Assembly: GCA_030587475.2 (NCBI GenBank)
Contig: JAUQYZ020000043.1
Span: forward strand, 1-21,172
Direction: 5' to 3'
Source: Candidatus Sigynarchaeum calidifontis
Lineage (GTDB): Archaea > Asgardarchaeota > Lokiarchaeia > Sigyniarchaeales > Sigyniarchaeaceae
Length of the DNA stretch: 21,172 bases
Below, in pieces: positions 1-7,675 of the stretch (the stretch's first letter is position 1; every line of letters starts with the position of its first letter). Made by a program: the position numbers and the translations under genes. Under the pieces are notes generated by a model that saw nothing but the letters and a program-made list of their open reading frames with translations, was not told the DNA's origin and did no database searches.

Positions 1-372
1 GGCTTCAAGATCAACGACGGCGACTGCCCGTTCTACGCCTTGCTCGCGCGCAAGGCCGCGGGCAAGGCCGATCCCGATCCCGCGCCCCGCGATGTGCCCG
101 CGGGCCAGGGCACCGTCCACGAGCCGCTCGACCTGGACACGATGGCCCCCGCGCCTGCGCCCGCCCGCGTGGAGGGGCACGTGCCACCAAGGAGCGAACC
201 GGCCGCGGCCTGTCCAGCAGCGCGCGCCATGCCTCGGGCGGCCGTGACAGCGCGCTCGCCACGACCCGCGTGCTCGTCTGGAACCGTGCCTTGGCCGCCG
301 CGTAGGTCATCTTCTTGTCATCGCGGAAGGCCGTCGCGATCTGCAGGCGTTTCTCGATCTCGCTTCGCTTGA
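1..372 (+). CDS. Possible 3' end of a gene entering from the left edge (GFKINDGDCPFYALLARKAAGKADPDP...), hypothetical
   Basis: Frame 1 is open from base 1 to the stop at 372. The first ~60 codons have coding-like GC3-rich usage (ggc ttc aag atc aac gac ggc gac tgc). The remainder overlaps the opposite-strand gene and looks like antisense text. Confidence 0.35.
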   Translation, partial: GFKINDGDCPFYALLARKAAGKADPDPAPRDVPAGQGTVHEPLDLDTMAPAPAPARVEGHVPPRSEPAAACPAARAMPRAAVTARSPRPACSSGTVPWPPRRSSSCHRGRPSRSAGVSRSRFA

Positions 373-385
373 GGTTCCGTGCCAT
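11..385 (-). CDS. Small basic protein with a probable N-terminal helix-turn-helix; C-terminal half low-complexity or possibly corrupted
   Basis: The ATG at 385 has GGTGAT just upstream (391-396) and a TATA-like CTAAATA at 418-424. The N-terminus 'EIEKRLQIATAFRDDKKMTYAAAKARFQTSTRVVASAL' has HTH-like spacing. After about residue 62 it becomes R/P/G-rich. Confidence 0.5.
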   Translation of the reverse strand: MARNLKRSEIEKRLQIATAFRDDKKMTYAAAKARFQTSTRVVASALSRPPEAWRALLDRPRPVRSLVARAPPRGRAQARGPSCPGRAARGRCPGPRAHRGARDRDRPCPRPCARARRRTGSRRR

Positions 386-394
386 CGTGCATCA

Positions 395-417
395 CCGCGC
401 GACCCGCGCGACCCGCG
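395..417. repeat. 9-bp tandem repeat CCGCGCGAC x2.5
   Basis: Read directly: 395-403, 404-412, 413-417. It lies between the TATA-like box and the RBS of the 11..385 gene. Confidence 0.7.
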
Positions 418-431
418 TATTTAGGCAGAAA

Positions 432-798
432 CCCGGTTAGATTCGTTTACGATCCGCCACGTCCCGAGGCGCGGACGGTTAGACCCAGGCAAGACCCGGC
501 CAAGACCCGCTTTCGTGGCTTCCCCGTGCCAGGTCGCGCCGGTTTCACGTGGCAGCCGCCAGCGACGGCCATCCTACGGGCCGCGCGGCCCGGTCGAGGA
601 AACCGTGCACGATCGCGGCGAGATCGCCTCGCACCGATCCGGGCCAGCGCGGGTCGAAGCGGGTGTGCCGATCGAGAGAAGGCAGCCCGAGTTTCCGTTT
701 CCGGATCGGATGCCGCCCGGATACGGGATTTTCTCGAAAGGGGGATCGAAACGGGCGCGTTGCCACTTGGGCCCGGTTAGACCTTGTTAGGCCCGGTT
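432..798. repeat. Cluster of short direct repeats: CGGTTAGA x3 and AGACCC x3 at 11-bp period
   Basis: CGGTTAGA at 434-441, 476-483 and 774-781. AGACCC at 481, 492 and 503. GCCCGGTT at 771 and 791. Confidence 0.55.
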
Positions 799-1065
799 TG
801 CCGTCGAGGCTGTTGGCGATATGCTTCACCCCACCACGCGAGATTGACTTTGAGCCAGGTACAACTTCCACGTAATGGTGCCAGGAGACATACATGTTCA
901 CCACGTCCACGATAGGGCTTGCGAACATGTTATATCGAACGTTCAACATGTACACGTACCCCCAAATCATTTATTAAGGCACCTCGACTAGCCACGTAGT
1001 CATAAACATGATGTTGATTCATGGCTCATGGCTTTTACAAATATCAAAAAAAATTAGTGATTGAT

Positions 1066-1359
1066 ATGAGTTATAGCATAGAAGATTCGAGACCTAGTGG
1101 ATTCGGCAAGTGTCAGCTATCTCGAAGCATTGCCAAGCCCTTTATCGACATCCAACTGCACTTGCGGCCTTGCAATACCGACGACTTGTATGGTCTCGCG
1201 TTAGACTTGTTCGGTGTCGAGTTCTGCGCCCCTTGGGATAGAGATGGTTCTTGTCCCAAGTACAAGCACAGGATCAGAGAAGTGCTCGAGAGCGAGAAAA
1301 AGAGTGGCGCTTATGACCACGATCCTCTAACAAGGCTATACTCAATCCGAGCCCGCTAG
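1066..1359 (+). CDS. Small hypothetical protein, probable winged-helix DNA-binding domain
   Basis: The ATG at 1066 follows GTGAT (the ORF track starts at 1021). 'TDDLYGLALD...PKYKHRIREVLESEKKSGAYDHDPLTRLYSI' fits helix / recognition helix / wing. An oligo-T tract follows. Confidence 0.55.
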   Translation: MSYSIEDSRPSGFGKCQLSRSIAKPFIDIQLHLRPCNTDDLYGLALDLFGVEFCAPWDRDGSCPKYKHRIREVLESEKKSGAYDHDPLTRLYSIRAR

Positions 1360-1378
1360 GGGATAGTCTTTAACAATG

Positions 1379-1395
1379 CTTCTTTCTTTTTTTTT
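1379..1395 (+). terminator. Oligo-T tract, probable archaeal terminator
   Basis: TTTCTTTCTTTTTTTTT lies 20 nt after the stop at 1359. Confidence 0.45.
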
Positions 1396-1852
1396 AATCC
1401 CCGTTAGTTTCCGCGGATGACGTGCACGTTTCCGCCACGCGCACCGACACCCGCACGCCCGGGAACCGCGCCCCGATGCGCCCCGCGAGGTAGCCCGCCA
1501 GCAGCTCCGCCGTGATGGCCGCCAGCGGCAGCAGCACGCAATCGCCCCGCGGTATCGAGTATTTCTTGTTGTCAAAGGATATTTCGACTTGATCGCCTTG
1601 CTCGGTGATCGTCATGTCAAGCGACCTTGCAGGGAGCAGCAGCACGTGGTCGAGCAGGTCGAGCTCCTCCCCCACGACCCGCTTGGCCTCGAGAAAGTCC
1701 ACGACCATGCCCTTGCTGTCCAGCTCGCCCGACAAGCGCACGCGGCAATGGTAGTTGTGCCCGTGCAGCCGCGAGCACTTGGGATGCCCCGCGAGGAAAT
1801 GTGCCGCCGAGAACTTGCACGCCGACGCGTCGATGATGATGGATGTCGCCAT
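1394..1852 (-). CDS. queD: 6-carboxy-5,6,7,8-tetrahydropterin synthase / 6-pyruvoyl-tetrahydropterin synthase (QueD/PTPS family)
   Basis: Motifs FSAAHFL, CSRLHGHNY (catalytic Cys plus Zn-binding HxH), GMVVDF, LDH, TAE and VAET. TATA-like CTTAAG at 1873-1878, about 25 nt before the ATG. Confidence 0.93.
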   Translation of the reverse strand: MATSIIIDASACKFSAAHFLAGHPKCSRLHGHNYHCRVRLSGELDSKGMVVDFLEAKRVVGEELDLLDHVLLLPARSLDMTITEQGDQVEISFDNKKYSIPRGDCVLLPLAAITAELLAGYLAGRIGARFPGVRVSVRVAETCTSSAETNGD

Positions 1853-2089
1853 GCCCGCCCGCGCGTCCCGGGCTTAAGAACGAATAGTCGAGCCCGGCAC
1901 CTTTCCTTTGGCACCTTTTCCGCCGGTGATCTCCAAAACCCGCTCCTCGACGGGGGATGGCCCGTCCCCCGTTTTGCCAGGGGAGCCAGGCCAGCGGCGA
2001 CCCGGGAGCGCCGGCCCATCCCCGGAAGAAGGTGCCAAAGGTCGGCTACCCGCGAGCGTGCTATCGCCAGCCGGGATGCGTGACCGGCC

Positions 2090-2351
2090 ACTCGTCTTTT
2101 TTCGCCGGGATAGGAAAGACCGGCGTGCGCGCCCGCCACGCGGCCCGCGTCGAGGCGCAGCGCCGCTTCATGGAGACGCGCGTCCCCATCCCGCGGCAGT
2201 CGGCCACGACGTGATGGTGTTCCGCGCCAAGCATGCCAGCAGCGAATGGGTCTTGGACGAGGCCACGGCCACGAGGCAGCTCGTGACCAGGGTCGAGCAC
2301 TACACGCTGTGGGATCTCCTTTTCTCGGCGTTCAAGCCAGGTACAAGGTGA
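2090..2351 (+). pseudogene. Degraded 3' remnant of an unidentified gene directly upstream of the TGT-like remnant
   Basis: Protein-like text is split over two frames: '...GIGKTGVRARHAARVEAQRRFMETRVPIP' then 'VGHDVMVFRAKHASSEWVLDEATATRQLVTRVEHYTLWDLLFSAFKPGTR*'. No credible start. Its stop overlaps a GGTGA RBS for the ATG at 2361. Confidence 0.3.
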
Positions 2352-2360
2352 TGACCGGAG

Positions 2361-2775
2361 ATGGCGATGACGAGCAAGGCCATGGACTTGATCAGCGTGT
2401 TTGGCAACGAGCTCGGCAAGGAGGACGTGTGCCAGCATTACAAGGGCGAGCGGTTCATGTTCAGCGTTTTCGACCTTTACACGAACAAGCGCAAGCGTGC
2501 CGCGATGGAAGCGTGCGGGTTCCACGCCTTCGTGCGCCACGATGCTCCCCTCATGCTCGACAGCGGCGGGTACCAGATCCTCCGCGCCCGCGCAAAGGGC
2601 CAGCACGCCCGCGCCGATTAATCGCTCCGGTATTTTACCCAGAAGCCGGGCCATGGATCTTGCGGTTGCTGCACGTGTATGCACATGCGCTAAAGTGTCA
2701 CGACGAACCACGCGAAGTCTGCTTCTCTTAATGAAAAGTACGAGTACTATGGCGATGTTCGGTAGGCACCCTTGA
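2361..2775 (+). pseudogene. tgt: tRNA-guanine transglycosylase (TGT/ArcTGT/DpdA family) N-terminal fragment, truncated and frameshifted
   Basis: 'GFHAFVRHDAPLMLDSGGYQIL' matches the TGT signature GLHxFxxxDxPIxxDSGG(F/Y)Q (DSGGYQ at 2559-2576). The frame stops at 2621. Plausible continuations in other frames: 'VFYPEAG', 'MDLAVAA' (2653; compare G.DIAMAxD) and 'AKVSRRTTRS'. The rest of the barrel is absent. Confidence 0.7.
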
Positions 2776-2849
2776 TAAATCCGGGCTATGTAAATGAGAT
2801 CAGCCAAAATGGTTAAGATAATTGAGAAAAATAAGAATTTTTTGAGGAT

Positions 2850-3353
2850 TTAGTCCCCAAGGCCTTGTTCTTCGTAAAAAGATGTAATCCACTCTCTTCC
2901 GATTACTGCAAGCTTGATTGGCCCCGAAACAGTGAGCGTTCCAGCGAAGAAGAACGAATCGGTGTTCGGGTTTCCAGACATGATTTGCGTCATGGCATCC
3001 GCAATCATTTCCATCTGGCAAGGGTTTTTCCAATTGTTGGCCGCTTGTATCTCCTTCCAATTGCCCGTGTACGTGCCGATTTTACCACCCTTTTCGTTGG
3101 CCACGAGGAGCAGCTTGATGTCGGTATCCCGCACCTCGTAGTATTGCACGATTTCGCCGTATTGGAGGATCGTGTCGGCGACGGTCTCGCCGTAGTCCTC
3201 GTTCATCTTCTGGAATTCGAGCGTGGCCTTGAAGAACAAGATCACGTCGTCCTTGTTTCCTCCGCTGTAGTTTTTCGCCTTGAACTTCTCGATCCACTTG
3301 GCATTCGAGCCCTTGATTTCGTCTTCGGAAATCCACTTGACTTCTGCTGGCAT
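2850..3353 (-). CDS. SCP2 sterol/lipid-binding domain protein
   Basis: The C-terminal 'MEMIADAMTQIMSGNPNTDSFFFAGTLTVSGPIKLAV' matches the SCP2 pattern (..I.SG..N...AF..G.L.V.G...LA). Confidence 0.75.
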   Translation of the reverse strand: MPAEVKWISEDEIKGSNAKWIEKFKAKNYSGGNKDDVILFFKATLEFQKMNEDYGETVADTILQYGEIVQYYEVRDTDIKLLLVANEKGGKIGTYTGNWKEIQAANNWKNPCQMEMIADAMTQIMSGNPNTDSFFFAGTLTVSGPIKLAVIGREWITSFYEEQGLGD

Positions 3354-3973
3354 GGTTGATGCACCGATTTGCGATCATTCACCATTGCTAAGATGATGAA
3401 TTGATAGTCAACTATCGATGCGATTGTTTAAAATGTTTTACAAGGATGTTTCCGTCCCGGGCTCGGCTCGATGCACGGCCGCGTTCGTGTTGCGCGATCC
3501 GCATGAACGAGCACGCTTTTGTTTCGTCAATCGCGCGCCGATCGTGCATTCCGTATTGGATTCCAACATCGTCTCTCGATGGGGCGCGTCGATGGATCCC
3601 CGGTTGCATCCTTCACCAGCATCGCCGAGCGTGCAGCGCGCTCATGGTTCACATCGCGCGTGAAACGAATTTCACGAACCGAGTTTCACCTTTCTTATTC
3701 ATCGCGATAAAGCCCATGCTATTACCAATATTCTCCCGCACGTGATTTACATTGATTATAATTGGTCTTGGCGCCGTGTCCATGTCGTGATCGAAGAGCA
3801 TTGGTAAAAATGGAAAGTACCCTGGAAGAACGTGTAATTTAGATATTTCCTCGACCCAACTGCAGCATTGGCATGGCGGCGGCCCAATCATTCGAAATGC
3901 TACGAGTTTAAATGAAGTCGAGCTCGAGCTGCAAGCCAGCGATTCTTCAAGATGCGGTAGGGCAGGTTGCAAG

Positions 3974-4852
3974 TCATCGCTTCTTTAATATGAAGTAGGG
4001 GAACTCGTGCTCGTCGCCCGTGATACATGTCCCGGCAGGGATCGGGTTGAAATATCCATCGAACGTCGCGATGATGTCAAAACCGCCCGCGTCCGTGAGG
4101 CGCTTGATGTCCTCGTGCGTCCATAGCCGCAGCTCGTGCGTCTCGGCGAATTCAGAGCATTTCCCGTGGTCGTCGACGTGCATCGTGAGTTCCACGATGC
4201 GCAGCTTCCGATCGGGATCGTACCGCACGGGTTTCCACGTGGCCGTGACCCGAACGCCGTCGCGCTCGACCGTCCATGTCTCGTCGGGCTTGTGTTCCTT
4301 GTTAAAATCGTTGCACTTGATCGTGAGTTCGACGATATACAAGCCGCCATCGACGAGAGCATCCCCAGTCACCTTGAAATGACTGATGATGTCTTCGTCC
4401 GCCTTCAAGTAGGCGAGGCTGTTGATCTGGTTGATGGCGACATCGAACTTCTCCTTGAACGTGGCGTTCCGCATGTCCCCTTCGATGACGCGCACGCGCT
4501 TGGAAAGCCGCGCCTTCTTGATCCTCGCCCGAGTGTAGGCGACCATGGACGTGCTCAAGTCGTAGCCGGTCACGTGGTACCCCGCTTTCCCCAGCAGCAC
4601 CATGTAGTGCCCGGAGCCGCATGCGGGCTCGAGGATGCGCTTTACCTTGCCCGCGGCGAATTGCTCGAAACATCGCTGGTAGAAATCGACTTCCGCTTGC
4701 ACGTCGCTCCCGAAAACGATATCATAGTACAAGGGCAGCTGGTAAAAAATGTGATTTTCCTTCGGTTTCTTGCCAGGCTTCCCGCCGCCCGAGTTAGACA
4801 TGCATTTGCTTGAAGTGGCGGGCTTTGCTGGCTTCCGGGTGGTTTCCGTCAT
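3974..4852 (-). CDS. Class I SAM-dependent methyltransferase
   Basis: Motif I 'RILEPACGSG', 'VTGYDLSTSM', 'EGDMR', 'FDVAI' and 'LVDGGLYIVE'. Start placed at MTETT (4852) rather than 4972. Confidence 0.92.
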   Translation of the reverse strand: MTETTRKPAKPATSSKCMSNSGGGKPGKKPKENHIFYQLPLYYDIVFGSDVQAEVDFYQRCFEQFAAGKVKRILEPACGSGHYMVLLGKAGYHVTGYDLSTSMVAYTRARIKKARLSKRVRVIEGDMRNATFKEKFDVAINQINSLAYLKADEDIISHFKVTGDALVDGGLYIVELTIKCNDFNKEHKPDETWTVERDGVRVTATWKPVRYDPDRKLRIVELTMHVDDHGKCSEFAETHELRLWTHEDIKRLTDAGGFDIIATFDGYFNPIPAGTCITGDEHEFPYFILKKR

Positions 4853-5157
4853 AGAGATCTGGTTTTGGGTCCCGCGATTCGCCTCGGGAGAACGCACGGA
4901 AGCCTCCCGCGAGGTCGATTGATCGTCCGGGGCTATTGGCGCGGGGGGATTGCCCGCGTGCCATCGACGCATTAACTGGTAAAGTCGATATTGATTAGTA
5001 ATACATGAAAAATAATAAAGATTTCGCCACCAGGCTAGCTATCTTGCCAATATATCGTGGATCCCTGGCAGTCCCTCGCCCGCCACGCGTTCCCCCGTGT
5101 AATCTCATGGTAGATGACCGTTCCCGATGGCAACCGTGGTTCCGTGGAAGCCCCGCG

Positions 5158-5724
5158 TCATATCTTGTCGGCATGCCACTCGGCGAATTCCTTGTCCAGG
5201 TTGTCCACGAACCGGGCCGTGTCGCCGGAGCCGAACACGATCATGTTCCCGTCCACCTTGAAGCCGAATTGCTCTGCCCAGTCGAAGACCCGCTGCCACG
5301 CGTGTTTTTCTTCGATCCCGAGCGCGTCGGCCAGCTTGGCAACCTCGATCCGGTCCGAAAGCTTGATGATCTTCCGAAGCTTCTCGACGTGGGCGATCTC
5401 GCCGGCACGCGCGGCGCGCGCTTTCTTGTCCCGCTCGTCGCTCGCCTTCTTCGCGAGGGCCTGGTCTAGCAAGTAATCCGCATGGGCGATGCCTTCTTGC
5501 CAGTCCATTTCAATGCAAATCTTCCGTGCCTTGTCGATGTCGTCGGCCACTCGCGCCCATTGCTTGTTTCCGATGCTCGCGATCGCGTCCTTGAAATATC
5601 GCCTCGCCTCGGCTTCCATCCGGACTAGCTCGGCCTCGGTCAGCTGCCGCGGGCTACCCGGCTTGAACAGGAACGCAGGGACTTCCTCCAGCCTCGACAC
5701 GAAATCCTTGAATCCCATCGCCAT
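5158..5724 (-). CDS. Helical protein with a C-terminal PCI-like winged-helix domain
   Basis: A TPR-like helical hairpin is followed by 'LRKIIKLSDRIEVAKLADALGIEEKHAWQRVFDWAEQFGFKVDGNMIVF', which resembles the PCI winged helix (I.l..LA..L.......e..l......g...id...i.f). Confidence 0.65.
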   Translation of the reverse strand: MAMGFKDFVSRLEEVPAFLFKPGSPRQLTEAELVRMEAEARRYFKDAIASIGNKQWARVADDIDKARKICIEMDWQEGIAHADYLLDQALAKKASDERDKKARAARAGEIAHVEKLRKIIKLSDRIEVAKLADALGIEEKHAWQRVFDWAEQFGFKVDGNMIVFGSGDTARFVDNLDKEFAEWHADKI

Positions 5725-5807
5725 CGCTCTGTGACTTGCATTACTTCTCGTCTTACACTAACGCTCCAATCTTAAAAAAAGGAAACATCGGATGAAAGGG
5801 ACAGGCC

Positions 5808-7619
5808 TCATGGCTGCGCGCGCTTCCGGTCGACGACCTTCACGTCGTGGTCAAGCGAGAAATCGAGCAAGGCCATGGTTAAACCGGCCGCGATCGCGAC
5901 GGCACCGACCCACATGTAACCGAGGTGCTCGAAGTTGAGCGCCGCGTCCTCGGCGATGGAACGCCTCGGGGTCCAGTCATCGGTCCAGATCGTGAATGGC
6001 GTGGTCGAGCCAGGCCCGTTGACCGTGGCATTGAGCTTGTCGAACGCGTCCGCGACGCCGTACTGGTCAAAAAACCCCGTGTATTCCGTGTGACCCTCGA
6101 ACTTGAGGATGCCGTGGAAGATTGACACCTTCGTGCAACCGAAATGCTTGAGGATCAAGATGTCCCTGGCGAAAGCATCGAAACCCTTTCCGGCGCCGAA
6201 TGCCATGGGGGCACCGTGCTCGTAGACGGTCGTGGTGTTGCGGTAGGGCCCGCAACCCGTGCAACCAAGCCACATGCTCGCCCGGGATGCATTGCCGCGA
6301 AGGATCCCGTCGACGAGTGCCTTCGCTTGCACGTAGACGGACCAGGAGCCGCCATATGACCCTGGTTCGATGTCTTCTATGTCACAGCTGCGATACACCA
6401 TTGGCCCGTAATCATCCCATTCGGGCATGAAGATGTTATAGCGCTGGTAGTACTGGAGATCCGGATCGCCGTCGTAGCCATCCCAGCCCGTGCTGTCGGG
6501 ATAGCAGCACGAGAATGTCCAGTGGGGAAAGTAGGCCCGCGCGTAGGCCATTGCATCCGTCCAGAGTGCCTGGTGCCAGCCGTTGAGGGTCTCGTTGCTG
6601 ATCTTGGTTCCTTGATCGCTAGGTCCTTCCCAGTCAGTGTACACGCCCACGACGTTCGTGAGGTTGTTTCCCCTGCACACGTCGACGAACCGCTTGAGCA
6701 TCGCCCCTGTATAGATCGAGCCCTCGTAATTCCCGCACGAGCCCATGCCCAAGCCATAGGCATAGTATTGAAACTTGATGTTCGGGTAGTTGTTCTTGAA
6801 CCACGTGAGGTTACCCACGGCGTTGGCCGCATCGCCCGCATGCACGGTCGGCGAGAACGACTCGTAACTGCCATTCGAGTCCCTGATCGGGAAAATCGCG
6901 TTCTGGATCGTGACGTGGTGGCGGTCCATTTGTTGCAGGATCTGGGTGCCCTTCGTGCTGTTGTAGCTGGCCACGTCGTAATAGCCCCAGATGCGAAACT
7001 CGATCGGGTCGGCGCGCGGCGTGATCGTGATTTGCGTCGCGGTGGCGCCCGTCAACGACAGCACCTCCAGCATGGTCGCCGCGCCGGCGACGACGAGGAG
7101 GATTAAACCCGCGCGGCCGTTCCGGCGAAGCTCGCGCGCGAGGTGCGACGCGAGCCGGCGCATCGTCGGGGGATGCGTCCGTTCCCACAGGATGGACAGC
7201 GCGATGAATCGCAAGATCACGAGGAGCAGCGCCACGATGCCCACCGCGATGAACGCGTACCAGAAAGTCGTGTACATGGTGAACGTCGTTGGCCGCTTCA
7301 CGTATTCCAGGACCGTATCGCCGTTGTAATACATGACGGCTCCGAGGATCACGGTCCCGACCCTGTTGCGCACGTTGAAGATGCCGAGCGCAAGGAGCGA
7401 GGCGATGGCAACCGCCTCGGTGAGAAGGCCCGACAATGCGATTGGTTCTATGTAATTTGCAGCAAGGGCCTGGAACGGGGGGATAACGTTCACCGCCACG
7501 TGCACGACGAACATCATCACGGAAAAGGCCAGCACCCATGCCTCAGAAATGCCAAGGAAACGTCGCGTGCCGGGGTCGATGCGCTCGGCACGGCGCTTCC
7601 AGGTGGTTGGTTGTTCCAT
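5808..7619 (-). CDS. Membrane-anchored protein with ~5 N-terminal TM helices, an extracellular TIM-barrel glycoside-hydrolase-like (GH18-like) domain and a C-terminal TM helix
   Basis: Hydrophobic stretches in residues ~20-200 and ~570-590. 'VVGVYTDWEGP' resembles GH18 DGxDxDWEYP and 'DDYGPMVY' resembles DxxxxMxY. Many N-x-S/T sequons. TATAAAT box about 25 nt upstream (7642-7648). Confidence 0.6.
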   Translation of the reverse strand: MEQPTTWKRRAERIDPGTRRFLGISEAWVLAFSVMMFVVHVAVNVIPPFQALAANYIEPIALSGLLTEAVAIASLLALGIFNVRNRVGTVILGAVMYYNGDTVLEYVKRPTTFTMYTTFWYAFIAVGIVALLLVILRFIALSILWERTHPPTMRRLASHLARELRRNGRAGLILLVVAGAATMLEVLSLTGATATQITITPRADPIEFRIWGYYDVASYNSTKGTQILQQMDRHHVTIQNAIFPIRDSNGSYESFSPTVHAGDAANAVGNLTWFKNNYPNIKFQYYAYGLGMGSCGNYEGSIYTGAMLKRFVDVCRGNNLTNVVGVYTDWEGPSDQGTKISNETLNGWHQALWTDAMAYARAYFPHWTFSCCYPDSTGWDGYDGDPDLQYYQRYNIFMPEWDDYGPMVYRSCDIEDIEPGSYGGSWSVYVQAKALVDGILRGNASRASMWLGCTGCGPYRNTTTVYEHGAPMAFGAGKGFDAFARDILILKHFGCTKVSIFHGILKFEGHTEYTGFFDQYGVADAFDKLNATVNGPGSTTPFTIWTDDWTPRRSIAEDAALNFEHLGYMWVGAVAIAAGLTMALLDFSLDHDVKVVDRKRAQP

Positions 7620-7675
7620 GCGTGACGATCGAGCAAAGCGAATTTATAGAGATATTACGGAACGGAAGTTCCGCA

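Noticed and set aside
545-970. 141-aa minus-strand ORF
   Set aside because: It spans a compositional break and repeat-rich DNA and shows no recognisable motif, so it is probably non-coding.
395-1015. CRISPR array
   Set aside because: The repeats are only 6-11 bp, irregularly spaced, without 25-40-bp repeats and unique spacers. No cas genes are present.
2061-2807. 248-aa minus-strand ORF
   Set aside because: Antisense to the TGT-like remnant, which carries the recognisable motif.
3649-3972. 107-aa minus-strand ORF directly after the methyltransferase
   Set aside because: TTG start, atypical composition and no motifs.
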